A stretch of 28,645 bases of DNA. It comes from Corallococcus exiguus. Its GTDB lineage: Bacteria > Myxococcota > Myxococcia > Myxococcales > Myxococcaceae. The stretch is from the NCBI RefSeq assembly GCF_012985235.1, contig NZ_JABELB010000107.1; one strand, written 5' to 3'. Made by a program: the position numbers and the translations under genes. Each line of letters starts with the position of its first letter. Position 1 is the first letter of the stretch. Positions 19,048 to 28,645 of the stretch are shown here, in pieces. Below the pieces are notes generated by a model. It ran no database searches. It saw nothing but the letters and a program-made list of their open reading frames with translations, and was not told where the DNA came from.

Positions 19048-20577
19048 ATGCTCCCGCGCATGGAGACCCCCTCGCCGCTCGCGCAGCTGCTCCAGGCCCT
19101 GGACGCGGGGGACCTGGAGAAGGCACGGGTCGCGGCCGTGGCGCTGCAACGCGCCAACGCCCACACCCATCAGGTCGCCGCGGAGGTCCTCCATGAGCTG
19201 CGTCAGCCCCTCCTGGGCGCGAAGGCCTACGCCCAGCTGCTGGCCGAGGAAGGAGGCTCCAGCGGTCCGCTGAAGCTGCTGCTCGCGCAGGTGGAGCGGA
19301 TGGAGCAGATCGTCTCCGACTTCATCCGCCTGGCCAGCGAGCGGCCGGCCCCGCAGCAGCGGCTGTCCCTGGCCGCGCCCATCTGGGCGGCGGCGAAGGT
19401 GTTCAGCGTCAACCCGGACTCGGCGCGCATCTCACTGGAGGTGGAGGCCCCCGAGGACCTCACCATCCAGGGCAACGCGCGGCTGATTGAGCAGCTCACG
19501 CTCAACCTGCTCAACAACGCCCGCGACGCCATGTCCGGCCGGGGCCGCGTGAAGGTGACGCTCACGCGCGATGGCGCCTCCGCGGCCCTCTACGTTTCCG
19601 ACTGGGGACCGGGCATCCCGGACGAGCTGAAGACGCGTATCTTCGAGCCCTACGTCTCCGCCAGCAAACGCGGCACGGGCCTGGGGCTCGCCGTCTGTCG
19701 TCGCATCGCGCAGGAGCACCACGCGCAGATTGCCCTGGTGCCGCCCACGACGCTGCGCGAAGTGCCGCCCCCAGCCACCGTGTTCCGCGTGCTCTTCCCC
19801 CCCACGGACGCGCCGCGCCCGCCGCGCAAGCGCCTGCTGGTGGTGGACGACGAGGGCATCATCCGGATGGTCTTCAAGGACCTGATGGACAAGGAGTGCG
19901 AAGTCATTGAAGCGGCCACGGGCGAAGCCGCGCTCGAAATCCTCCGCTCGTCGCGCGTGGATCTCATCGTCACGGACAAGAACCTGCCCGGAATCTCCGG
20001 CCTGGAGCTGGCCCAGCACGCGAGGAAGCTGGACCCCGCGTCGCGCGTCATCCTGATGACGGGCTACCCCTCGCTGGTGACGACGCAGCAGGCGCTGCAG
20101 CTGGGCCTGGTGGACTACCTGCTCAAGCCCTTCGACGACATCCGCCAGGTGCGCGCGCTGTTGCGGCAGGCGCTGTACACACCGGCCGCGCCGCCTGTCC
20201 CCGCCCCCAGCGCTGGCGTGCGCCGGGTGGACGTGCTGGAGGACAACCCGGCCACCGCGCGGCTGATTTCAGAGGCGCTGACGCTGTTGGGCCTGGAGGC
20301 GCGCGTCGTCGCGGGCGCGGAGGTGGCCACCATGGAGCCGCCCATGGGCGTGGTGGTGTCTTGGGACTTCGCGCCGGCCTACGGCAAGAAGGCGCTGGAG
20401 CTGGCCCGGGCCCTGAGCCAGGGCGCGCCCTTCGTCGTCCTGGCCGAGCACCTCACCATGGACACGGCCCTGGCATCGCTGCGCGCCGGGGCCGCCGCGT
20501 GCCTGCCCAAGCTGCTCTCCGACACCACGGCGCTCAGCCGCGAGCTGGGCCTGGCCTTCAAGAAGACCGCTTCCTGA
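19048..20577 (+). CDS. Hybrid sensor histidine kinase (HisKA-HATPase_c followed by two receiver domains, the second degenerate)
   Basis: The H-box is VAAEVLHELRQPL, the N-box LLNNARDA, and G1/G2 are DWGPGIP and GTGLGLAV. The first receiver is LLVVDDEGIIR ... DLIVTDKNLPGISG ... KP. The C-terminal receiver-like domain runs from aa 390 to 509. Confidence 0.85.
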   Translation: MLPRMETPSPLAQLLQALDAGDLEKARVAAVALQRANAHTHQVAAEVLHELRQPLLGAKAYAQLLAEEGGSSGPLKLLLAQVERMEQIVSDFIRLASERPAPQQRLSLAAPIWAAAKVFSVNPDSARISLEVEAPEDLTIQGNARLIEQLTLNLLNNARDAMSGRGRVKVTLTRDGASAALYVSDWGPGIPDELKTRIFEPYVSASKRGTGLGLAVCRRIAQEHHAQIALVPPTTLREVPPPATVFRVLFPPTDAPRPPRKRLLVVDDEGIIRMVFKDLMDKECEVIEAATGEAALEILRSSRVDLIVTDKNLPGISGLELAQHARKLDPASRVILMTGYPSLVTTQQALQLGLVDYLLKPFDDIRQVRALLRQALYTPAAPPVPAPSAGVRRVDVLEDNPATARLISEALTLLGLEARVVAGAEVATMEPPMGVVVSWDFAPAYGKKALELARALSQGAPFVVLAEHLTMDTALASLRAGAAACLPKLLSDTTALSRELGLAFKKTAS

Positions 20578-20662
20578 AAAAGACTCCGGCCCCGGGCGCC
20601 CCGCTTTCGCGGAGCCCACCGGGGCCGGAAACCCTACGAAGCTACGGAGCCGTTACGTCGGC

Positions 20663-22354
<1,692 letters not shown>

Positions 22355-22381
22355 TTAGCACTCGGCCATGTCGAGCGCCAA
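22355..22381. promoter_or_regulatory. CIRCE-like inverted repeat (HrcA operator) upstream of groEL
   Basis: TTAGCACTC-N9-GAGCGCCAA compared with consensus TTAGCACTC-N9-GAGTGCTAA. The left half matches exactly and the right half 7/9. It lies 49-75 bp upstream of the groEL start. Confidence 0.7.
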
Positions 22382-22485
22382 CATAAGGGCCGCATCGACG
22401 ATGTCAACGGAAAGGGGCAGCCGTGTGGGCCTGAGGACGCCTACTGGCCCGTCCGGGTGGGGGGCCGGGCCGCCTTGGGAAGGCC

Positions 22486-22842
22486 CTACTCCGCGAAGCG
22501 CACGAGGTTGAGCAGCTGCCCCATGTCCAGGGGCTTCTGCAGGGTGATGGCCACGCCCTTGCGCAGGCCCCGGTCGGAGATGTTGGCGTCCGTGCTGGCG
22601 GTCATCATCAGGACGGAGATGCGCTGGAAGCGGGGGTCCGCCTTCAGCATCTCCGTGAAGTGGATGCCGTCCAGGTGGGGCATCAGGTAGTCGGTGATGA
22701 CCAGCCCCACGGGGTGACGCTCCATGATGTCCAGGGCCTGGAGCGCGTCCGACGCCGAGAACACGGTGTAGCCATGCATCTCCAGGTAGCGAGAGAGCAT
22801 GGTGCACAGCTCGTAATCGTCGTCGACGACCAGGATGTTCAC
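22486..22842 (-). CDS. Single-domain CheY-like response regulator
   Basis: MNILVVDDDYELCTMLSRYLE ... GLVITDYLMPHLDG ... LQKP. The D-D-D, T/S and K signature residues are present. Confidence 0.85.
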   Translation of the reverse strand: MNILVVDDDYELCTMLSRYLEMHGYTVFSASDALQALDIMERHPVGLVITDYLMPHLDGIHFTEMLKADPRFQRISVLMMTASTDANISDRGLRKGVAITLQKPLDMGQLLNLVRFAE

Positions 22843-22930
22843 GGGGTTCGGGCCGAAACGGGGCGCTGGAAGGTAACAGCGACGCCGGTCGTTGACAACG
22901 CGAAGGTCGGCTTCTTAGCTGCCGGCCCGA

Positions 22931-24004
22931 ATGGCGAAGCGCATGGCGAAGCAAGGGGAGGCGCGGGACATGGACGCGCGGCTGGAGGGAGTCGCGGACG
23001 CCTTCGAGGCGAGGGACTTCGAGGCCGCGCTCACCAGCGCCGACGCCCTGCTCCGGGACGTTCCGGACTCACCAGAAGCCCTGCACTACCGGGCCGCCGC
23101 GCTGGTGGAGGTGGGACGCCTGGAGGACGCGGGCAAGGCCTATGGCGCCGCCCTCAAGAGGGCCCCGGAAGACCTGGAGATCCTCTTCGGCGCGGCGGAG
23201 TTCCTCGTGTGCCGCACTGGCGAGGACCGCGAGGCGGTGGAGGAAGGGCTGGAGTGGTGCGGCCGCGGGCGGAAGCTGGCGCAGCGGACCGATGACGTGG
23301 AGCTCGTCTACGAGTTCCTCCTCCTGGAGGGCATGGGCCTCAACCAGCTGGGGGAATGTGAGTCCGCGCTGAAAATCCTGGACCAGGCGCTGACGCACAT
23401 GCCGCGCTCGACGGACGCGCAGCTGGAGCGGGGCATCGCGCTGTTCGAGTTGTGCCGCTTCGCGCCCGCGCAGGAGGCCTTCGAGCGGGTGTTGAAGGAC
23501 GCGCCGGACGAGGCCTGGGCGCACCACTACCTGGGGCTGGTCGCGGAGCGGCGCCAGGATGCGAAGGAGGCGAAGAAGCGCTTCTCCCGGGCGCAGGCGC
23601 TGGCCCCGGAGGAGCTGCCGCCGCCGGTGGCGCTGGAGGAGGCGGCGTTCGACCGCGCGGTGGAGGACGCGATGCGCGCCCTGCCCTCGCAGGTGAAGCA
23701 GTACATGGACAACGTGACGCTGGCGGTGGAGGACCTGCCGTCGGATGAGGACCTGCTGGGTCAGCAGCCGCCACTGTCACCGTGCATCCTGGGGGTGTTC
23801 CGGGGCACGCCCGTGGGCGAGCGCAGCGTGATGGACGCGGCGGATCACTTCCCGCCCTCCATCGTGCTGTACCAGAAGAACCTGGAGCGCTTCGCGCGCA
23901 CCCGCGAGGAACTCATCGAACAGATTGGCATCACGGTGATGCACGAAGTCGGTCACTTGATGGGTCTGGATGAAGACGACCTGTGGGAGCGGGGGCTGGA
24001 CTAG
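22931..24004 (+). CDS. TPR-repeat protein fused to a C-terminal zincin-like domain (DUF1025 / Possibl_zinc_metallo-peptidase-type, MHEVGHLMGLDEDD)
   Basis: Several TPR-like Ala/Leu-rich helical repeats are present (ALHYRAAALVEVGRLEDAGKAYGAALKRAP ...). The C-terminus has ITVMHEVGHLMGLDEDDLWERG, characteristic of the small metal-dependent hydrolase family with HExxHxxG. Confidence 0.7.
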   Translation: MAKRMAKQGEARDMDARLEGVADAFEARDFEAALTSADALLRDVPDSPEALHYRAAALVEVGRLEDAGKAYGAALKRAPEDLEILFGAAEFLVCRTGEDREAVEEGLEWCGRGRKLAQRTDDVELVYEFLLLEGMGLNQLGECESALKILDQALTHMPRSTDAQLERGIALFELCRFAPAQEAFERVLKDAPDEAWAHHYLGLVAERRQDAKEAKKRFSRAQALAPEELPPPVALEEAAFDRAVEDAMRALPSQVKQYMDNVTLAVEDLPSDEDLLGQQPPLSPCILGVFRGTPVGERSVMDAADHFPPSIVLYQKNLERFARTREELIEQIGITVMHEVGHLMGLDEDDLWERGLD

Positions 24005-24024
24005 CGCCGTTCTCCCCTGCCCTG

Positions 24025-24327
24025 ATGCGCGCCATGCATGCATGGACGAAGCTGGGGCTGATGGCGGTGCTGGGGCTGACGGGCTGTCTGGGCGACGACG
24101 ACGAAGAGCCGCGCACGTGTCCGCAGGTGGTGGTGTTCGCGCGCTCGGACAGCGAGACGTGCCAGTCCTTCCCGACGCCGTGTGACGTGCCGGAGGGGTA
24201 CGTCGAGTGCTGCGGCGGCCTCTTCGGGGGCTGCGCGGGGAACGTGTCCGGGAACACCTGCGTGGATGATCCGTCCGACACGTGCCAGCCCGGGGGCAGC
24301 GCGGACTGCCCGGGCATCTGCCAGTAG
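24025..24327 (+). CDS. Small cysteine-rich lipoprotein (100 aa, about 12 Cys)
   Basis: The signal peptide plus lipobox is MRAMHAWTKLGLMAVLGLTGC. The mature part is rich in Cys/Gly/Asp (CPQVVVFARSDSETCQSFPTPCDVPEGYVECCGGLFGGCAGNVSGNTC...CQPGGSADCPGICQ). Confidence 0.55.
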   Translation: MRAMHAWTKLGLMAVLGLTGCLGDDDEEPRTCPQVVVFARSDSETCQSFPTPCDVPEGYVECCGGLFGGCAGNVSGNTCVDDPSDTCQPGGSADCPGICQ

Positions 24328-24332
24328 GCGTC

Positions 24333-26732
24333 TCAGGCGGCGCGCGAGCCCTTGTCCTCGAAGTAGGCGCGGCGGGCGCGGGCGCAGGTGGGGCACTGCC
24401 ACTGCACCAGGGTGAGGTGGCGGTCGCCCAGGACGACGGCCTCGTGGCGGAGCGACTCCCGTGGGGCCTCGCTGGTGGCTCCGCAGGCGCAGCGCAGCCG
24501 GCCCAGCGTGGAGAGCAGCTCCTGAGGGCTGGTGATGGGGATGGCGGACCCGGCGCTGTCGCCCCGGTGGTCCGCGTCGAACTTGCGTGCGAAGGCGCGG
24601 CGCCGGCCCCAGGCGCGGCCCTTTCGCCAGAGCGCCACCGGGCCGCCCTGCGCGATGACGAACCACAGCACGAGGCACGTCGCGATGACGCCCAGGAGGA
24701 TGGCACCCGCCTCGCCGGACGGAACGGACGAGGCCTGGTGGCGGGCGGCCCGGCTCCTGAGTTGGATGGCGTAGCCGCGCTGGGCCTCGGTGGCGCGCAC
24801 GGCCTTCACGTACTCGGCGATGCGCTCGGGCGGGACCGAGTCCGCGGTGCTGCGGTAGCTGTAGTCGAGCAGCAGCGTCTTGCCTTCGGCGCGGGTGTCG
24901 GCCACGAAGCGGAAGGCCGGACCGTCCACGACCTCGTACTCCGTTTTGACAGGGGGCAGCTCGCCGGCCTTCAGCGTGATGCGGTGGCGGGCGAAGACGG
25001 GGTGCTCCACCTCCAGCGGGAAGGCGCGGTGGGAGTAGTTCGGCACGGCGAGGTGCTGGCGGAGGCCATGCGCGCGGAACTCCCGGCGACCGTCCGAGGT
25101 CCAGAAGTCCTCGATGCGGTAGTGCTCTTGCGTGACGAGCACGTTCGTCACGGTGTCGTCGTCCACCGACATGGGCTTCGCGATGGAGATGTCCGCGTCC
25201 GTCTTCGCGTAGTAGTTGAAGTAGAGGCGGGACACCTCGGACAGGGACGTGCCCGCGAGCGCGCGGCGCATGGAGTTGGCGTCCGCCCCCGTGCGCGTGG
25301 TGACGACGTCGAGTGTCGCGGCCCCGTCGCGGCCCATCGCGACGTAGGTCTCGTCCACGAAGAGGGAGGGCTCCGTCAGCGTGGGCGTGGGGATGACGGA
25401 GAGCGCCGTGGTGGCGGGGGCGACGAGGAGGGCCCGGCCGTAGGAGGGCGGCTCGTAGCTTTCCAGCCCGCCGCGCTCCAGCGTCGCCGTGGGGTCCACC
25501 CACAGCTCGCGGCCGGCCACGGTGGCGTGGACGATGACGTGGTTGAACGCGGTGGCGGTGGGACGCAAGCCGTCCAGCAGCTGCGTGAGGTCCGTGCTCA
25601 CGAGCGCCGGCTGCGCGTCGATGCCCAGCCCCTTGAGGAGCGACACCAGGAGGAGCGACTTGTCCTTGCAGTCGCCGAAGCGGCGCTGGAGGACCTCGTC
25701 GGGCGGATGGGGCTGGTGGGAGTTGGGGCCCATCTCGATGCCCAGGTAGCGCACCTCGTCCTGGACGAAGCGAAGCGCGGCGAGGAAGCGCGCCTCCGGG
25801 GTGGGCTCCTTCGACAGCCGGCGGACCTCCTGCTCCAGCGACTTCGAGCGGGTGGGCACCTGGAACAGCGTGGAGGCCCAGCGCGCGACGTCGTTCCAGT
25901 CCTTGTATTCGCTGAACTGGATCCACGGGTAGACGGGCTGCCAGCCGGGGACGTTGTCCTCGTGGCGGACCGCGGGCACGTGGCGGCGCTCCAGGATGAT
26001 TTCACGCTCGCCGTTCAGCATCGACTCCGAGCGCGACAGGCCCGGCGCGGCGAAGTCCCGGATGAAGAGCGTGCGACCCCGCCCTTCCGGCCACAGCAGC
26101 CGGTAGGCGAAGTGGACCACGGGATAGGAATGGCCCACGCCAACGACGTCGGAGAAGCGGCCGCCAAAGACGGGGTTGGCGCCTTCGAAGGAGTACGCGA
26201 CCTCCACGGTGTCGCCCACCCGCACGTCGCGAAGGAAGGGCACCACGGAGAGGTTGCCGTTGTAGAGCCGGTTCTGGAGCTCGGTCTCCTGCTGGATGAC
26301 GCGGGCCTCGGCGGGCTGGAAGACGTCCTCGCGGCGGCCGTCGCGGATGCGCCAGATGCCGTGGACGGTGAGCTTCTGGTACGTCGGATCGAAGCGGAAC
26401 TGGATGTCCGTGACGCGGTCGATGCCCCGCGGCGAGAGGACCTTCTGGGCCGAGTGCAGGTAGTGCACGCGCGATGGGCCGGACACGCGCACCTGTTCCT
26501 CGATCAGCAGCCGGGAGACGCTGGTCTCCTCCTCGCCCTCGGGAGTCGGGCCGGGGTCTGGAGGAATGGGAAGCGGCTTCACCCACGCGGCGGGAGGCCC
26601 GACGCGGAACGGCCTGGCGTTCGTCGCCGCCGGAGCTGCCCCGGCGCTCAAGGACAGACACAGACACAGCAGCAGGACGGGCACCGGAAAGAAGCCCGGT
26701 GCCAGGAGGACGGAACGGAAGGTTCGGCGCAT
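24333..26732 (-). CDS. DUF3857/transglutaminase-like cysteine-protease-fold protein with signal peptide, a C-terminal transmembrane helix and a cytoplasmic Cys4 zinc-ribbon
   Basis: The signal peptide is MRRTFRSVLLAPGFFPVPVLLLCLCLSLSAGAA. The transglutaminase core is RRFGDCKDKSLLLVSLLKGLGID ... FNHVIVHATVAGRELWVDPT (Cys-His-Asp). The TM segment is AILLGVIATCLVLWFVIAQ, followed by CACG...CPTC. An upstream in-frame ATG at 26816 is an alternative start. Confidence 0.75.
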   Translation of the reverse strand: MRRTFRSVLLAPGFFPVPVLLLCLCLSLSAGAAPAATNARPFRVGPPAAWVKPLPIPPDPGPTPEGEEETSVSRLLIEEQVRVSGPSRVHYLHSAQKVLSPRGIDRVTDIQFRFDPTYQKLTVHGIWRIRDGRREDVFQPAEARVIQQETELQNRLYNGNLSVVPFLRDVRVGDTVEVAYSFEGANPVFGGRFSDVVGVGHSYPVVHFAYRLLWPEGRGRTLFIRDFAAPGLSRSESMLNGEREIILERRHVPAVRHEDNVPGWQPVYPWIQFSEYKDWNDVARWASTLFQVPTRSKSLEQEVRRLSKEPTPEARFLAALRFVQDEVRYLGIEMGPNSHQPHPPDEVLQRRFGDCKDKSLLLVSLLKGLGIDAQPALVSTDLTQLLDGLRPTATAFNHVIVHATVAGRELWVDPTATLERGGLESYEPPSYGRALLVAPATTALSVIPTPTLTEPSLFVDETYVAMGRDGAATLDVVTTRTGADANSMRRALAGTSLSEVSRLYFNYYAKTDADISIAKPMSVDDDTVTNVLVTQEHYRIEDFWTSDGRREFRAHGLRQHLAVPNYSHRAFPLEVEHPVFARHRITLKAGELPPVKTEYEVVDGPAFRFVADTRAEGKTLLLDYSYRSTADSVPPERIAEYVKAVRATEAQRGYAIQLRSRAARHQASSVPSGEAGAILLGVIATCLVLWFVIAQGGPVALWRKGRAWGRRRAFARKFDADHRGDSAGSAIPITSPQELLSTLGRLRCACGATSEAPRESLRHEAVVLGDRHLTLVQWQCPTCARARRAYFEDKGSRAA

Positions 26733-26910
26733 GGCGGAAGGGCGCTCATCATGGAGCCCGGATGACGCGCCGGGCAAGGCGCCCCCTGGGACACCGGGCG
26801 AGCGGCCCCGCTTCATTCACCAGTGAAAACCGCCATGCAGGCCAAGCCTGGAATTGCCGTGACACGGGCTAGGGTTTCGGCCATCGGTTGGACGGCCCAG
26901 GAGGCTGGCG

Positions 26911-27879
26911 ATGGTCAACGTGAGGCAGGTCGCGACGCGGCTGAAGGGTGCGTTCCTGGCGGACCCGGAGCGCTTCTATACGAACGAGACGGGAGCCTGG
27001 GTGGCGGGGATGCCGGCGCCGAGCGACATCCGGGTGACGACAGGCCGGGAGCCCTTCTGGATCAACCTGGGCTACTGGAAGCACGTGGAGAAGGTGGACG
27101 ACTCCAACGTGGAGCGCGTGGGGGAGCTGTTCCGGTCCGCCCAGGCGGAGATGGCGCGCCTGTTGGCGAGGACGGCGAAGCTGGGGCCTGGGGATGCCGT
27201 CTTGGACTGCGGCTTCGGGTACGCGGACCAGGACCTGCTGTGGGCGGAGGAGTTCAAGCCCGCGAGCATCGTCGGGGTGAACATCACGCCGAACCAGGTG
27301 AAGGTGGGCCGGGAGCGCGTGAAGCTGACGGGGCTGGAGGGCGTGATCCGGCTGGAGGTGGGGAGCGCGACGGCGCTGCCTGGGCCGGAGGGAGCGTTCG
27401 ACGGGGTGTTCGCGCTGGAGTCCGCGATGCACTTCCGGACGCGGCAGGACTTCCTGCGCGAGGCCTTCCGGGTGTTGAAGCCGGGAGGCCGGCTGGTGAT
27501 GGCGGACATGGCGCAGAAGACGGACCGTGAGGCTGGAGCAGGACTCCGAGCGCGGCTGCGCTACCGCTACTGGCGGGGGCTGATTGCCTTCCCGGAAGAG
27601 AACGTCTGGTCGACGGAGCGCTACCAGTCGGAGCTGCGGCGGGCGGGGTTCCAGGACGTGAAGGTGGAGTCCATCGCGGAGGATGTGTACCCGGCGGTGA
27701 ACACGGCGCTGGTGGCGCTGCGGGGCATGACGCAGCTGGAACGCAATCCAGGGAGCACGTCCCTGCACCAGGTGCGCGCGGACGTGCACAAGGCGATGCG
27801 GATGACACCGGAGCAGCTCCAGTGGCCCGCGCTGTTCAACTGCGACGAGTACGCCGTGGTGTCCGCGCGCAAGCCGTGA
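26911..27879 (+). CDS. Class I SAM-dependent methyltransferase
   Basis: GGAGG lies 9 nt upstream of the ATG. Motif I is AVLDCGFGYADQD, the post-I acidic residue is VGVNIT, and motif II/III is GVFALESAMHF ... LKPGGRLVMAD. Confidence 0.8.
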   Translation: MVNVRQVATRLKGAFLADPERFYTNETGAWVAGMPAPSDIRVTTGREPFWINLGYWKHVEKVDDSNVERVGELFRSAQAEMARLLARTAKLGPGDAVLDCGFGYADQDLLWAEEFKPASIVGVNITPNQVKVGRERVKLTGLEGVIRLEVGSATALPGPEGAFDGVFALESAMHFRTRQDFLREAFRVLKPGGRLVMADMAQKTDREAGAGLRARLRYRYWRGLIAFPEENVWSTERYQSELRRAGFQDVKVESIAEDVYPAVNTALVALRGMTQLERNPGSTSLHQVRADVHKAMRMTPEQLQWPALFNCDEYAVVSARKP

Positions 27880-27921
27880 CGGTGGTTGACGGACTGGGGC
27901 GGAGCGGCGGTAATCGGAAGC

Positions 27922-28020
27922 GGTAGGGCCTCCGGACCTGGTGGCCGGCCCGGTCTTCAAAACCGGTGAGGGGCTGCGAGAGCAGTCCCTGGCGAGTTCG
28001 ATTCCCGTGCCCTACCGCCA
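27922..28020 (+). tRNA. selC: tRNA-Sec (selenocysteine, anticodon UCA), 99 nt including the encoded CCA
   Basis: The 8-bp acceptor stem is GGTAGGGC/GCCCTACC, with discriminator G and CCA. The anticodon stem-loop is CCGGT-CTTCAAA-ACCGG, giving U33 and anticodon TCA. A long variable arm (GGGGCTGC-GAGA-GCAGTCCC) is present. The T-arm is GCGAG-TTCGATT-CCCGT, which has one A·C mismatch but otherwise parallels the E. coli selC T-arm. The 8/5 geometry and extra arm are tRNA-Sec hallmarks. Confidence 0.75.
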
Positions 28021-28086
28021 CACCTCTGCAATCCGGTTAGCGATTCATCGTCACCAGCCAGCAGCTACCAAGAGGTCGACGCACAA

Positions 28087-28476
28087 ATGCCACAGGATAA
28101 GGAAAGTGGCGCAACTGCCGCTCAATGGGGCCGTGATACAGCTCGACAGCTCGCCGAAAAGCTAGGAGCCAAGCCACTCAGCAACATCTCGAATGAGGCG
28201 CTACTCGACGACGAATTGATTGTGATCAAGTGCGCCAAACCTGACACCGACACCGTCGGTGTCACCTTCAAGATGCTTGCACGCGTGTCCCGCGTATTCG
28301 GTGCTTTCCAACAGAGCGACGGCAGCTTTGACATTTGGTCACTACCGTCCAGCATTTATTCCAAACATACCCGCGAGTCGGCCGGTCGCGGCTCATCCGC
28401 TGGAAAGTATGGGCTCGTACGACGAGACGCGTTCCTCTCACTTGGAGTTCACATCGGGACAGTCCGGCTCCCCTAA
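28087..28476 (+). CDS. Hypothetical protein in a lower-GC segment immediately 3' of tRNA-Sec
   Basis: This 129-aa ORF has codon usage and GC (about 54%) clearly different from the roughly 70% of the rest of the window. I see no recognisable motif. Confidence 0.35.
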   Translation: MPQDKESGATAAQWGRDTARQLAEKLGAKPLSNISNEALLDDELIVIKCAKPDTDTVGVTFKMLARVSRVFGAFQQSDGSFDIWSLPSSIYSKHTRESAGRGSSAGKYGLVRRDAFLSLGVHIGTVRLP

Positions 28477-28518
28477 GCCAACCGGAGTAATTCCGTTCAG
28501 GGGTACGCTGCGTTGGTA

Positions 28519-28645
28519 ATGAGCAGCGTGCGCCGGAAGAGGCCCCAGCAGGGCGTGCGGCTAACTGCCGGGCAGCGGCGCCTCCTGACAGGGCTGCTCC
28601 GCCGCGGCGGGCAGCAGGGAGTGGCGCTGCGTGCCGCGGCTCTCC
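28519..28645 (+). CDS. 5' end of an ORF running off the window (Arg/Gln-rich N-terminus, possibly an HTH transposase-like protein)
   Basis: The ATG at 28519 (MSSVRRKRPQQGVRLTAGQRRLLTGLLRRGGQQGVALRAAAL) is open to the end of the window, and high GC resumes here. Function was not determined. Confidence 0.25.
   Translation, partial: MSSVRRKRPQQGVRLTAGQRRLLTGLLRRGGQQGVALRAAAL

Noticed and set aside
18892-19194. The N-terminal 101 codons of the 230-aa ORF that the track extends upstream of the ferritin-like cargo gene
   Set aside because: The region is Arg/Gly-rich and low-complexity, with no coding signature. The internal ATG at 18891 has a proper RBS and yields a protein of the expected ferritin-like size, about 130 aa.
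27996-28008. An A·C mismatch in the T-stem, which might mean the tRNA-Sec call is wrong or the gene is a pseudogene
   Set aside because: The 8-bp acceptor stem, the anticodon loop with U33-UCA-A37, the long extra arm, the discriminator G and the CCA are all intact. The T-arm otherwise mirrors E. coli selC (GCAGG/CCTGT with G·U). I keep the call but flag the mismatch in the findings.

Overview
This is a high-GC (about 68-70%) chromosomal window that looks like a Myxococcus-type myxobacterium. The gene order romR-like / REC-GGDEF / EncC-type ferritin cargo / hybrid kinase / orphan groEL matches what I recall of that lineage. Coding density is high on both strands, and most long antisense ORFs in the provided track are GC-skew artefacts.

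Features I can support:
- An aromatic-amino-acid (phenylalanine) hydroxylase with an unusual C-terminal extension of about 250 aa.
- A LysM/C39-like peptidase.
- Secreted and lipo-proteins.
- A MYXO-CTERM-anchored HExxH metalloprotease, translationally coupled to an HmuY-like lipoprotein.
- Immediately upstream on the same strand, an unmistakable homologue of the eukaryotic major vault protein (MVP).
- A small Cys-rich secreted peptide.
- nadC.
- valS carrying a histone-H1-like Lys/Ala/Pro-repeat tail.
- A RomR-like polarity response regulator with a proline-repeat linker.
- A CheW-like protein, a REC-GAF-GGDE(Y) cyclase, an encapsulin-cargo ferritin with a C-terminal targeting peptide, a hybrid histidine kinase, an orphan groEL with an upstream CIRCE operator, and a CheY-like response regulator.
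- A TPR-zincin fusion, a Cys-rich lipoprotein, a DUF3857/transglutaminase-like protein with a cytoplasmic Zn-ribbon, and a class-I methyltransferase.
- A selenocysteine tRNA (anticodon UCA, 8-bp acceptor stem, long variable arm), followed by a sharp drop in GC that suggests a foreign insertion at selC.

The most striking candidate system is the MVP-lipoprotein-metalloprotease gene string, a possible bacterial vault-like nanocompartment module.
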